20,000 nt of DNA from an uncultured virus (IMG/VR IMGVR_UViG_3300009785_002875) (IMGVR_UViG_3300009785_002875), one strand, 5' to 3'; shown: positions 1 to 8,822, counted from the stretch's first letter. The notes: generated by a model from the sequence alone, not told the origin. A program made the numbers and translations.

Positions 1-1341
1 CATAAGGTAATCTATTCTGATGAGACACTGGAGATGTGTGTACAACTATCAGATAGATATATCACAGAACGTGAATTTCCAGATAAAGCTATAGACATTC
101 TAGATGAAGTAGGGTCTAAAGTTCAATTAAACCTAAAATACCCCAAAACGATAGAGACTTTAAAAAAACAAATCGTTGAGGTTAGGAATGAAAAATTAGA
201 GGTTGTCCAATCACAAAAATATGAGAAAGCAGCGGAAATTAGGGATAGTGAAAAAAAATTAGTTAGTCGGTTAGTTAATACTAAGTTGGAGTGGGAAAAG
301 AAACAAGAACTTAATAGAATCCCTATAACCGTTGATGACGTTTTATCTGTGGTTTCGGAAATAACTAAGATACCTTTATATAGGTTAAGTTCTAAAGATA
401 AGACTCAACTACTTAATTTAGAAAGTAAACTTAAAAAACACGTAATTGGTCAGTCTGAAGCTATTAAAAAGGTTTCTAAGTCTGTTAGGCGTAATAGTGT
501 TGGTATTCGTGATACTAAAAAACCTATTGGTTCTTTTATATTTCTAGGCCCTACTGGTGTGGGTAAAACACACTTAGCTAAAAAATTATCATTAGAAGTT
601 TTCGGTAGTGAAGAATCTGTAATACGTGTAGACATGTCAGAATACCAAGAAAAACATTCTATGTCTAGGTTAATAGGTTCTCCTCCTGGTTATGTGGGTT
701 ATAATGAAGGTGGTCAGTTAACAGAGAAAATTAGATTAAACCCCTATTCTTTAGTTTTATTCGATGAAATAGAAAAAGCTCATAGTGATGTGTTTAATTT
801 AATGTTACAAATATTAGACGATGGTTATGTTACCGACGCTTCTGGTAGAAAGGTTAATTTTAAAAATACTTTAATTATTATGACATCCAATATTGGGATT
901 AAACAAGCTATTGATTTTGGTAGTGGTATTGGGTTTTCTACTAAGTCTAAGAAAAATAAGGAGGAGGAACACACCCGTTCAATAATATCTAAAGCATTAA
1001 AAAATACTTTCAACCCAGAATTTTTAAATAGGTTAGACGCTATAATAACGTTTAACTCATTAAAAAAAGACGATTTAAAAAAAATTGTTAAGTTAGAGTT
1101 GGATGGTTTACGGGTTAGGTTATGTGAAAAGAAGTACCTATTCAATTTTGGACCAACTATAGTCACACACATAGTAGAAAGTGGGTACGATGAAAAGTAT
1201 GGAGCTAGACCATTACAAAGAACAATACAAACAGAGGTGGAGGATTTTATTTCTGAAGAAATTCTAAAAGGTACCATACTAGAAAATACCAACTACACCT
1301 TAAGTTATAATAAAAAAACAGAAAAGGTAAAAATAAAGTAA
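1..1341 (+). CDS. clpC: ClpC-type AAA+ ATPase/unfoldase, 5'-truncated by the window edge
   Basis: Frame is open from base 1 (HKVIYSDETLEM...). Motifs: RYITEREFPDKAIDILDE (end of NBD1), UVR-like coil SQKYEKAAEIRD, Walker A GPTGVGKT, RVDMSEYQEKHSMSRLIGSPPGYVGYNEGGQLTE, Walker B LVLFDEIEKAH, IGF ClpP-docking loop (GSGIGFS), YGARPLQR. Confidence 0.95.
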   Translation, partial: HKVIYSDETLEMCVQLSDRYITEREFPDKAIDILDEVGSKVQLNLKYPKTIETLKKQIVEVRNEKLEVVQSQKYEKAAEIRDSEKKLVSRLVNTKLEWEKKQELNRIPITVDDVLSVVSEITKIPLYRLSSKDKTQLLNLESKLKKHVIGQSEAIKKVSKSVRRNSVGIRDTKKPIGSFIFLGPTGVGKTHLAKKLSLEVFGSEESVIRVDMSEYQEKHSMSRLIGSPPGYVGYNEGGQLTEKIRLNPYSLVLFDEIEKAHSDVFNLMLQILDDGYVTDASGRKVNFKNTLIIMTSNIGIKQAIDFGSGIGFSTKSKKNKEEEHTRSIISKALKNTFNPEFLNRLDAIITFNSLKKDDLKKIVKLELDGLRVRLCEKKYLFNFGPTIVTHIVESGYDEKYGARPLQRTIQTEVEDFISEEILKGTILENTNYTLSYNKKTEKVKIK

Positions 1342-1348
1342 CATTATC

Positions 1349-1378
1349 TTTGTAGTTTGTAACAAATGTCTATCTTTG
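1349..1378 (+). promoter_or_regulatory. Bacteroidota sigma-A-like promoter (-33 TTTG / -7 TATCTTTG)
   Basis: TTTG 1349-1352, 18-nt spacer, TATCTTTG 1371-1378. A second TATCTTTG lies at 1345-1352. ATG at 1393. Confidence 0.65.
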
Positions 1379-1392
1379 TCGTATAATTAGAT

Positions 1393-1863
1393 ATGAGAAA
1401 ACTACCAAAGAAAATACAAAGTATAATTAAGAAAAAAACCTTTTCTTTGGATACTCTACAGGACCAATGTAATTGGAGGGGTGGAGTATTAATTGATTAC
1501 CGTATAACGATGGTTAAAGCTAATGAGGAGGAGGTATATGGATATTTAAACCCAATGAATAATCAATGGGGATACAACTACGTAAATATAAAAGTTAAGG
1601 GTGTTGCACAAATGAGAGGAAGGGGTGAAGAATTAAAAAAGCTTGTTGAGATTGGAAAAGCTACTAGAACTAAAAAAACTTACTGGGGTGGTTATGAAAC
1701 AAAAGCTGATTATGTTTGGGGTCCTCAAGTAAACAAAAAAATTCGTACTGAAATTCGTAAAAAAACACAGAAAGATGTTAGGGACTTTTTAAAGTTGTTG
1801 GGGTGTATCACAGAATCGTGGGATGGTGGAATTAAAATCGGAACAATATCTTGGGAAAAATAG
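1393..1863 (+). CDS. Hypothetical basic protein (156 aa)
   Basis: ORF behind a promoter motif, filling the space between clpC and a convergent gene. No recognised motif. Confidence 0.8.
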   Translation: MRKLPKKIQSIIKKKTFSLDTLQDQCNWRGGVLIDYRITMVKANEEEVYGYLNPMNNQWGYNYVNIKVKGVAQMRGRGEELKKLVEIGKATRTKKTYWGGYETKADYVWGPQVNKKIRTEIRKKTQKDVRDFLKLLGCITESWDGGIKIGTISWEK

Positions 1864-1865
1864 TT

Positions 1866-2753
1866 TTATTTAAAGTTTTCTAGGAAAGGCCATATCTCAT
1901 CATCTTTTATAATTTTTGTTATTGATGGGAATAACCAAGGAGAAATATTAGACATTTTCTGACCTTTATTTAACCAAATAAATACTTGTTGATTTTTTAA
2001 AGCTGATACTTGAGCTTCACCAAATGTTCCTGCACCAGCAGTACCGTCAAAACTAACCAAATTAGTATCACACACTTGTAACATATATAAATCTTGGTGG
2101 ACTATCTGTGCTCTAATTTTTTCCTTAAAAATTATCATATCTTCATCAGTTAGTTCGTTAGATTTCCACCTTCCGAACATTTCTTGGAATTCTGGGTCTT
2201 CAGCTCTAACGGTCTCAGCTCTTAATGGGTTTAATATTGCTGGTGTTTTTAAACCTGAAAAACTTAAATCACCACTTGTAACCAACTCAAACAACCTCTC
2301 ATCTTTAACAACATTATTAACACCAAAAAACTCCTCAACTCTAGTCCTCCAAGAAGCCCCATCTTCAGCAAAATCTATACCCCCACCTAGATACATAGCT
2401 TTAGGTTTAAATATACCTTGTAAGTCTGTTGGGTCTAGTACTTTTAACATTCCAATAGTCTCTTTTATCTCAGACATCGATGCGTTAATTAGGTAGTTGG
2501 TGGCTTTATCGGTGATATACCTCTTAAACCATTTAAATATTTTACCAATAGTGGATGAAGCTCTCATTTCTGGCACTCCCTTATAATTTATTTGTTCTTC
2601 TATATTTTCTGATTTTTTTATACTCGATAACGTTTCCAAACCTCTCAACATAGCTTTTCTTTCACCCAAAGGTAATTCAAAAATTTCGTCGTTAAACTGA
2701 TTTACATCAGCTTGTGATTGTTCTCTTAAGACTTTTTTAATTACATTCTTCAT
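1866..2753 (-). CDS. Nucleoside 2-deoxyribosyltransferase-like / dNMP N-glycosidase with ~119-aa N-terminal extension
   Basis: From aa 120: MYLGGGIDF..SWR, ILNPLR, IVHQDLYMLQVCD, GAGTFGE (catalytic Glu position), QVFIW, the NDT/Rcl-type pattern. N-terminus MKNVIKKVLREQ. Confidence 0.75.
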   Translation of the reverse strand: MKNVIKKVLREQSQADVNQFNDEIFELPLGERKAMLRGLETLSSIKKSENIEEQINYKGVPEMRASSTIGKIFKWFKRYITDKATNYLINASMSEIKETIGMLKVLDPTDLQGIFKPKAMYLGGGIDFAEDGASWRTRVEEFFGVNNVVKDERLFELVTSGDLSFSGLKTPAILNPLRAETVRAEDPEFQEMFGRWKSNELTDEDMIIFKEKIRAQIVHQDLYMLQVCDTNLVSFDGTAGAGTFGEAQVSALKNQQVFIWLNKGQKMSNISPWLFPSITKIIKDDEIWPFLENFK

Positions 2754-2765
2754 TTAAACTAACTT

Positions 2766-3575
2766 TTAATAATCTTTATTTGTTTTTTGACCTAACATTA
2801 TTTCCTTTGCTGCTGATGTTCCAATTCTGGAAGCTCCAGCATTAACCATAGACAAAACATCATCTTTACTATAAATACCACCAGACGCTTTAACCTTCAA
2901 AGGCCCAGCATTTTGTGATATTGTTGATACGTCGTCAATTGTTGCACCACCAGGACTACCATCTTCAGGCGTAAAAAAACCAGTAGAAGTTTTAACAAAA
3001 ACATTACTAGCTTTTTCAATACCAACACTTTGTATTACTATTTCACTAATTAATCTTGTAAGTTCAGCTATTTGTTCACTTGTTAAAGCTGCTGATTCTA
3101 TAATCCATTTTACTGATTTACCAGCATCAATACCAATAGCTGTCCCTTCACTAACCTCATATTTAATTGTATCTAATTCACCATCTTTAAAAGCTTTATA
3201 ATCCACAACAAAATCTAATTCATCCACACCGTCTTGTATAGCTTGTATAGCTTCGTCCAGTTTTTCACCAAGACTATCATCACCGTTTGGAAACCCTATT
3301 ACGGTACCAACCAATACGTTAGCTCCTTGGCTATCTATGAATTCACGTGCTGTTTTAACATATTCTGGCCTTATCATAACTAATTTCATGTTATGTTCTA
3401 TAGCATCTTTAATCGTATCAAATATTATTAAATCAGTTTCATCATCTGAAATACCAGCTTGTTCTGGTGTTTTTAGGTAGGTTGAGTCCATATATTTACC
3501 AAAACCTTCGTCTTCTTCTTTTATAAAAAGTAATTCTTTAATTCTACTTATCTCTTCTTTTAATACATTAATCAT
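2766..3575 (-). CDS. deoC: Deoxyribose-phosphate aldolase with ~24-aa N-terminal leader
   Basis: KYMDSTYLK, TVIGFPNG, GVDELDFV, KWIIES, FVKTSTGF (Schiff-base Lys), VKASGGI, GASRIGTS. Confidence 0.95.
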   Translation of the reverse strand: MINVLKEEISRIKELLFIKEEDEGFGKYMDSTYLKTPEQAGISDDETDLIIFDTIKDAIEHNMKLVMIRPEYVKTAREFIDSQGANVLVGTVIGFPNGDDSLGEKLDEAIQAIQDGVDELDFVVDYKAFKDGELDTIKYEVSEGTAIGIDAGKSVKWIIESAALTSEQIAELTRLISEIVIQSVGIEKASNVFVKTSTGFFTPEDGSPGGATIDDVSTISQNAGPLKVKASGGIYSKDDVLSMVNAGASRIGTSAAKEIMLGQKTNKDY

Positions 3576-3578
3576 ATT

Positions 3579-3587
3579 AATAAATAT
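3579..3587 (-). promoter_or_regulatory. TATTTA motif (putative phage late promoter) upstream of the deoC operon
   Basis: Minus-strand ATATTTATT, core 5 nt before the ATG. The same core precedes 8 minus-strand gene starts. Confidence 0.6.
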
Positions 3588-3589
3588 AA

Positions 3590-3621
3590 TTTGTTTAATT
3601 CAAATTTTTTTGTTATCTTTG
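3590..3621 (+). promoter_or_regulatory. Bacteroidota sigma-A-like promoter, probably giving a leaderless mRNA
   Basis: TTTG 3590-3593, 20-nt spacer, TATCTTTG 3614-3621, ATG 4 nt later. Confidence 0.75.
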
Positions 3622-3625
3622 TAGT

Positions 3626-4432
3626 ATGAAAGAAAAACTTAAAAATATATTGTCGGTCCCAACTTATACGTGGGAGGAAGACCAACTAATCACATATCTT
3701 ACTAATATCCTGGAAGAAAAAGGTTATCCTTATTATCTAGATGACCTAGGTTCCATTTATATCACTAAGGGTAAGTCTGAGTATTATCCGTGTCTAGTCG
3801 CTCATTTAGATAGTGTACACCAAATAAAAGAGTATAAGGTTGTTGAGGAGTCTCAGTTAAACGCACAGGGTGAGGATAAACCATCTTTAGTGGGTTATGA
3901 CTCGGTAACCGGTGAACGATGTGGTGTTGGTGGTGATGATAAAGCTGGGGTCTTTATATGTTTGGAGTTATTAGATAAATTTGACAATATCAAGGCATTC
4001 TTTCCTGTCGCTGAAGAAATCGGTTGTAAGGGTAGTAAGGCAGCTGACGAATCTTTCTTTAAGGATGTTGGTTACGCTGTACAATTCGATTCCACAGAAA
4101 ATAACACCATGAGTAAGACTCTTTTAGGTGTGGAGTTATATGAAGACGGTGGTGAATTTATTAATAAGTGTAAGGGGTTAATATTAGAACACGGTATTAG
4201 TGAATGGAAACACCACCCATATACAGACACTATGGTTTTAAAAGAAAGGTTTGATTTTAGTTGTTTAAATTTTGCTGCTGGGTACTATGGTTGGCATTCA
4301 AACACTGAATATGTTGTAATTGAGGATGTTCAGAACGCTATTAGTTTAGGTGAGAAGGTTATAAACAAACTAGGTAATAAAAAATACCAATATAAACACA
4401 AAATAAATAAGTTTGTTTGGGGTTTAGACTGA
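3626..4432 (+). CDS. M20/M28-family zinc metallopeptidase/hydrolase
   Basis: Metal-ligand motifs LVAHLDSV, GGDDKAG, AEEIGCKGS, QFD, and a C-terminal GYYGWHSNTEYV. Confidence 0.88.
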   Translation: MKEKLKNILSVPTYTWEEDQLITYLTNILEEKGYPYYLDDLGSIYITKGKSEYYPCLVAHLDSVHQIKEYKVVEESQLNAQGEDKPSLVGYDSVTGERCGVGGDDKAGVFICLELLDKFDNIKAFFPVAEEIGCKGSKAADESFFKDVGYAVQFDSTENNTMSKTLLGVELYEDGGEFINKCKGLILEHGISEWKHHPYTDTMVLKERFDFSCLNFAAGYYGWHSNTEYVVIEDVQNAISLGEKVINKLGNKKYQYKHKINKFVWGLD

Positions 4433-7400
4433 TTCAAATAACTCTTCTGATGTTACGTAATCAGTTAGTTGGTCTAGTGGGATTCTGTGTCTCTTGTTAT
4501 AATAGTTAGGACCACTAACCTGAAATTCTACTTCATCTGATTTAGGGTTGTAGGATATTAAACTAACTCGTTTTACACCATCAGTATATTCCTTCCCGTC
4601 CTTACCCGTTCCAGGACCCAACTCTATTTCAATTTCAAAGTTTGAATTTTCGTATTTTTTTGCAAACCCCAAATCTTTTATGATTTGTTCATACTTTTCT
4701 CTATTATTTAAAATTGTTTCTACGTCATCTCCAACATATTCAGTACTATTATCAATAATACTGTTAAGTGCGTAATTAAAGTTAGTCAGACCTTCTTCAT
4801 CCATATCCCAAGCATCATAGTATGTTTCATGTAAACCACCATCAATATGATTTATTTCAGTATCTTCTATTTCAGAGAAATTATTAATTTTTTTATCACC
4901 TATTATATATAATAACTGTGTATATGTTATATCAAGTTTCCATAGTGCATCATTACCACCTTCGAAGTTATATTCCAACACTTTCTCGTTTTGTACTTCC
5001 TCTTCCATTGCCTTCACTCTTGCTCTACCAACTGAACATCCGATAGCATCTAAAAGTTCCCAATAATTGTTCTCCCATATATTAGGGAATAACTCCCCCA
5101 TCGTGTCATCAAGTATACCCTCATCTTCCCAATCATAATCATCTGGGTTTTTTCCAAACAGAGTAATTAGATTATCTAACTTTCCTTTATTATCAGCATT
5201 CATATGATAACCAATATATTGTAATTCCTGAGAGTCCATTTCTTCACAATCTGGACTACCCCAATACCGGTTTGCACCAATATCAAAATACCACGCATCA
5301 TCCTCATCAACCCCCATATATTTTTCTTTAAAAATGTCGTCAGGTATATAAAGTGATACTCCATCGTCATTAAAACTAATAGTATTAGAAGTAATATATC
5401 CATCTGCATTAAATTTATCACCCAAAAATTCAGATAATTCCTCTTCTTTTTCATCATTTGGGTACTCAGTCATTCTGTAAACTGCTTCAGCAAACTTATT
5501 TGTTTTGGAGTAATCTTCTAGTAAGTTTGGGTCTAATTCTACACCATATTTCATTAAATCGAATGTTGAGTATTCTTGGCGGAACATATCGTGTAAGGTT
5601 TTTTTATTCGCTAAAAATCTGTGTATATTTTGCCAATTACTATTACTGTCTTTGATTGTGACATCACCACTAGGTAATCCTGGTACTTTTTCCTTATCCA
5701 CAAACCAAAACAGTTCATTTGTGTTTTTATCTTGGAGGACATATGATGTCCCATCACTTTCATAAGTCTTGTGCCCACTTTTACACCAATCAGTGTCTAC
5801 ACCTAACTGACAAAAACTATAATCGTTTAATGGCCACATATATTTCCAATTATCATCTTCATAAATTGTTTTAATTCTTACTTTTTTTTCTTGTTCGTTT
5901 AATGGTCCCCCATAGTAGTCCCCATCAGGGCTTGTTTCAGCTTCTATTTCCCCAAGTCTATCACTTAACGAATCATTAATGTCGTAGTCTGGTTGGGAGT
6001 ATCCATCGAACCATTTTGTTTCGGTTTCTAGTTTGTCTCCTTGAGCTCCGTAGTCATAATCTTCAAAAGTGTATTTTTCTTTCATTAACGCCTCAAATAA
6101 AATCTGTGGATTTATGTATGACGGACTAGTGTTCATTAAAATATTTTCTAGAGTTTCTCCCGCGTAATCTGGGTGGTGTTCAAATTTATTTGGGTTGTCC
6201 CAATCATCCAAGTCTAACCAGTTTCTTAAATCACCACTAATCTCCCAAGAGTACGCATTACTCTCAAAACTGTTTTCACCTTCAATTTGGATTAATTTAC
6301 CATCATCAAAATGTTCGGTCAATTTATCTAGGATATCATCTTTCATCGCCACTTTCACAGCGTTTTCACTACCATCACTATGTGCCCATAATATGTGATG
6401 TCTAATATCATCTATTTGTTCGTCATATTTTTCTGTTAGTTTATCAACTTCTTCACTAGAAGACGTTCTATTTAACATATTGTCTGCGTCTGACTTGGAT
6501 ACACCCCCAAAAATATTACTTATGGTTTTCCAATTTTTTTCGTCTATATCGTAAGTTATTCCATCATACCACTCATGGTGGTACCAGTCTTCGGAATCCC
6601 AAAACGAATCCTTACCACATAAAAAATTTTCAATATAGTCCATATTGTAATTACTATTATTAATAAACATATTGGCTAAGTCGTAACAATCAAAAGAAAA
6701 AGATACTGGTAATGGTCTAGTTCCAGATAATATGTAACGTTTCATCAATAACGCATTAATAACAGATGAGTTGGTTGGTATGCCCAATAATTTTAAATCT
6801 TCAAATGATACCCCATCTTCATCCCATTTATTAAATAAAAATTTAACCTGTCTTTCTGATACAGCTTTTTTAACATCTTCAATATCCTCCTCACCAAACT
6901 CATCATCCCCTAATTCTTTTGGCCAGTCCCATTGTCCTGTTGGGAACATGTTTAATTGATTATCATTTTGTTCACGTAACCTACCTTTCATTTGTAAATC
7001 AAATGGTGAGTCCTGTTCAAACCTATATAAATCTCCAAAACTAACTGTTTGGTCTACCTCAAAAGGTATTTGACTATTAGGCATTCCTGATGATTGTTGT
7101 ATGTCAACTACTTTACCAGTAGGTGACATGAATATTACAAATTTCTGTGATGGTCTTCCCCAACCACCTTCTCTAGTGAATGTTGCTTGAATTAAATTTC
7201 CTCTAATATTATCTGGTATATTTCTTCTTGGTTTACGTCCACCGCCAACAACACTAGATTCAGTTAATACATCATCTGATTTAACATATTTGTCATATGG
7301 GTCCATTAAAATTCTAACCCCATCATCATATAAGGTACCATCTTCTTCTTCTTCTAATTCTTGAAAATACACCCTTAAAATTGTTATTTCTTCACCATCA

Positions 7401-8080
7401 GGAGTTTCGTCTTGTTGAACCATTTTTACCAAACCAATAGAATAATTTTCTGGTTGGCTATACTCTTCGTCATATTCATCAATTGGAAAGGCGTCATGGT
7501 CTATAGATATAACCCTAATTGTATCACCTGGTCTTACTTTAGGATTTAGTTCTCTTTTTTTATGTTCATTTAAAGGTTCTAACCCTAGTGTTTCCCAACC
7601 TCTATCCCAATCTGGGAATGTGGTGGGGTTTGTATATTCGATAGCTAACGCTAGAGCTTGACCACTAGATAGTGGAAACACATCTATTATTTTATCTTGT
7701 ATATAATTTGTTATTATGTCAAAATCTTTATTATCCTTTGGGTCGTAGGATATGTCCCCCACCCTACTAGAAAAAACAAACATAAGTAACCCGTCAACAT
7801 CTTCTTTTCCCACCCAACCATCTAGATATTCAAATATTGTTTTTTTAATATTTTTGTGTCTTTTGTTTTTATATAAACTATCCACATGCTCCTGTATTTT
7901 ATTATAAACTCTAGGATTCCATTTATGGTCAAAATGGTTAGAATGCAATAGTGTAGCTAATGTGGTGTCCAGATAAAGATTTTTCTTAATCGTTTGGATT
8001 TGTTCTACAAGGTTTTTGTCCTTTGTAGCCATTAAGACTGCTTGAGTCTTTTTTCTTAATTTTTCTAAAAGTATCGACAT
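4424..8080 (-). CDS. Large acidic multi-module phage protein (1218 aa), possible polyprotein, with a PcfJ-like segment
   Basis: Long ORF behind a TATTTATA motif. Internal PLNE/VLTE/LREQ/PLNEQ sites. The segment IYEDDNWKYMWPLNDYSFCQLGVDTDWC resembles PcfJ-like domains (recognised by eye). Confidence 0.85.
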   Translation of the reverse strand: MSILLEKLRKKTQAVLMATKDKNLVEQIQTIKKNLYLDTTLATLLHSNHFDHKWNPRVYNKIQEHVDSLYKNKRHKNIKKTIFEYLDGWVGKEDVDGLLMFVFSSRVGDISYDPKDNKDFDIITNYIQDKIIDVFPLSSGQALALAIEYTNPTTFPDWDRGWETLGLEPLNEHKKRELNPKVRPGDTIRVISIDHDAFPIDEYDEEYSQPENYSIGLVKMVQQDETPDGEEITILRVYFQELEEEEDGTLYDDGVRILMDPYDKYVKSDDVLTESSVVGGGRKPRRNIPDNIRGNLIQATFTREGGWGRPSQKFVIFMSPTGKVVDIQQSSGMPNSQIPFEVDQTVSFGDLYRFEQDSPFDLQMKGRLREQNDNQLNMFPTGQWDWPKELGDDEFGEEDIEDVKKAVSERQVKFLFNKWDEDGVSFEDLKLLGIPTNSSVINALLMKRYILSGTRPLPVSFSFDCYDLANMFINNSNYNMDYIENFLCGKDSFWDSEDWYHHEWYDGITYDIDEKNWKTISNIFGGVSKSDADNMLNRTSSSEEVDKLTEKYDEQIDDIRHHILWAHSDGSENAVKVAMKDDILDKLTEHFDDGKLIQIEGENSFESNAYSWEISGDLRNWLDLDDWDNPNKFEHHPDYAGETLENILMNTSPSYINPQILFEALMKEKYTFEDYDYGAQGDKLETETKWFDGYSQPDYDINDSLSDRLGEIEAETSPDGDYYGGPLNEQEKKVRIKTIYEDDNWKYMWPLNDYSFCQLGVDTDWCKSGHKTYESDGTSYVLQDKNTNELFWFVDKEKVPGLPSGDVTIKDSNSNWQNIHRFLANKKTLHDMFRQEYSTFDLMKYGVELDPNLLEDYSKTNKFAEAVYRMTEYPNDEKEEELSEFLGDKFNADGYITSNTISFNDDGVSLYIPDDIFKEKYMGVDEDDAWYFDIGANRYWGSPDCEEMDSQELQYIGYHMNADNKGKLDNLITLFGKNPDDYDWEDEGILDDTMGELFPNIWENNYWELLDAIGCSVGRARVKAMEEEVQNEKVLEYNFEGGNDALWKLDITYTQLLYIIGDKKINNFSEIEDTEINHIDGGLHETYYDAWDMDEEGLTNFNYALNSIIDNSTEYVGDDVETILNNREKYEQIIKDLGFAKKYENSNFEIEIELGPGTGKDGKEYTDGVKRVSLISYNPKSDEVEFQVSGPNYYNKRHRIPLDQLTDYVTSEELFESV

Positions 8081-8088
8081 ATATGTAT

Positions 8089-8096
8089 TATAAATA
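8089..8096 (-). promoter_or_regulatory. TATTTATA putative late promoter
   Basis: Plus-strand TATAAATA 8089-8096, just upstream of the ATG at 8080. Confidence 0.6.
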
Positions 8097-8097
8097 T

Positions 8098-8128
8098 TTT
8101 GTTATTTCAATTAAATTGTATATATTTG
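8098..8128 (+). promoter_or_regulatory. Bacteroidota sigma-A-like promoter
   Basis: TTTG 8098-8101, 19-nt spacer, TATATTTG 8121-8128. Confidence 0.7.
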
Positions 8129-8151
8129 TTTATATAAAAAATAATATAATT

Positions 8152-8355
8152 ATGCCAAAATCAAGACACAGAAAAAACCATAAGAAAAAAGTTGTTTCAT
8201 ACAAAAAACGTACAATAGAAACGATTAAGTCTACGAACAATCAAATTAAAAAAATCCAAGAGGATTTAATGCAGAAGTGGAAGGATAAGGAAATGGAAAA
8301 AACGGGAGTAACCGACAAAAACCAGTTAAATACATCCAATCCCGAAACTTTATAG
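8152..8355 (+). CDS. Small basic protein (67 aa, MPKSRHRKNHKKKV...)
   Basis: Start moved from 8083 to the ATG at 8152, which lies downstream of the promoter and an A-rich leader. Lys/Arg-rich N-terminus followed by a predicted helix. Confidence 0.75.
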   Translation: MPKSRHRKNHKKKVVSYKKRTIETIKSTNNQIKKIQEDLMQKWKDKEMEKTGVTDKNQLNTSNPETL

Positions 8356-8368
8356 GTATTTAATATAT

Positions 8369-8784
8369 GGGGGTGACTGGATTTGATTGGCATCAGTCGA
8401 TTAGTGTCAGCACGTAGAGCCTGAGTTAAGCTCGTAAAATCTGATTCATTTTTTTAACTGGCAGAACAATTGCTAAGTTGGCAACTTTAGGGCTTGTCCT
8501 TGAAACGTCAACAGTAGCGGTATCATAACTAAGTTATGATATAGCTCCACCTCTTCTAGAGAATTTAAGATTTGTGTCTTTAGTTTTTGGGGTGTCAAAT
8601 AGACAAATCGAACCCGGTAAAAAACGGTTCCGCCGGACAAAGACTTTAATGGAACAGTTGCGATGGTCCCAAAGGTTGTTTATTCTATAGGGTTCGTCAA
8701 AGACAAAGGAATAAACTAAACGTGTAGGATAGACATTAATAGAAGATGAGCAAGACGGGGGTTCGATACCCCCCACCTCCACCA
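8369..8784 (+). ncRNA. ssrA: tmRNA (416 nt)
   Basis: 5' GGGGGTGACTGGATTTGA. 3' T-arm GGGGG-TTCGATA-CCCCC followed by CACCTCC-ACCA. 7-bp acceptor stem with the G3:U70 alanine determinant. Helix-2 pairings TTAGTGTC/GACATTAA and GCACGT/ACGTGT. PK1-like GAGC..GCTC. Tag ORF after TAACT at 8460-8528. Confidence 0.95.
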
Positions 8785-8820
8785 AATAAAAAAAGGACCA
8801 ATTAAGGTCCTTTTTTTATT
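8785..8820. terminator. Bidirectional intrinsic terminator
   Basis: Perfect 15-bp inverted repeat AATAAAAAAAGGACC-aattaa-GGTCCTTTTTTTATT between the tmRNA and the convergent gene ending at 8823. Confidence 0.9.
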
Positions 8821-8822
8821 AG

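Noticed and set aside
1..4432. Bacterial chromosome origin, suggested by clpC/deoC/peptidase
   Set aside because: No bacterial operon context, mostly orphan genes, phage-like leaders and promoter classes. Phage origin remains an inference because no capsid or terminase gene is in the window.
8750..8784. Stand-alone tRNA
   Set aside because: The T-arm and CCA end pair with the 5' end at 8369 and there is no anticodon arm, so this is the tmRNA tRNA-like domain.
8534..8785. 83-aa minus-strand ORF (MVEVGGIEPP...)
   Set aside because: Antisense shadow of the tmRNA 3' end.
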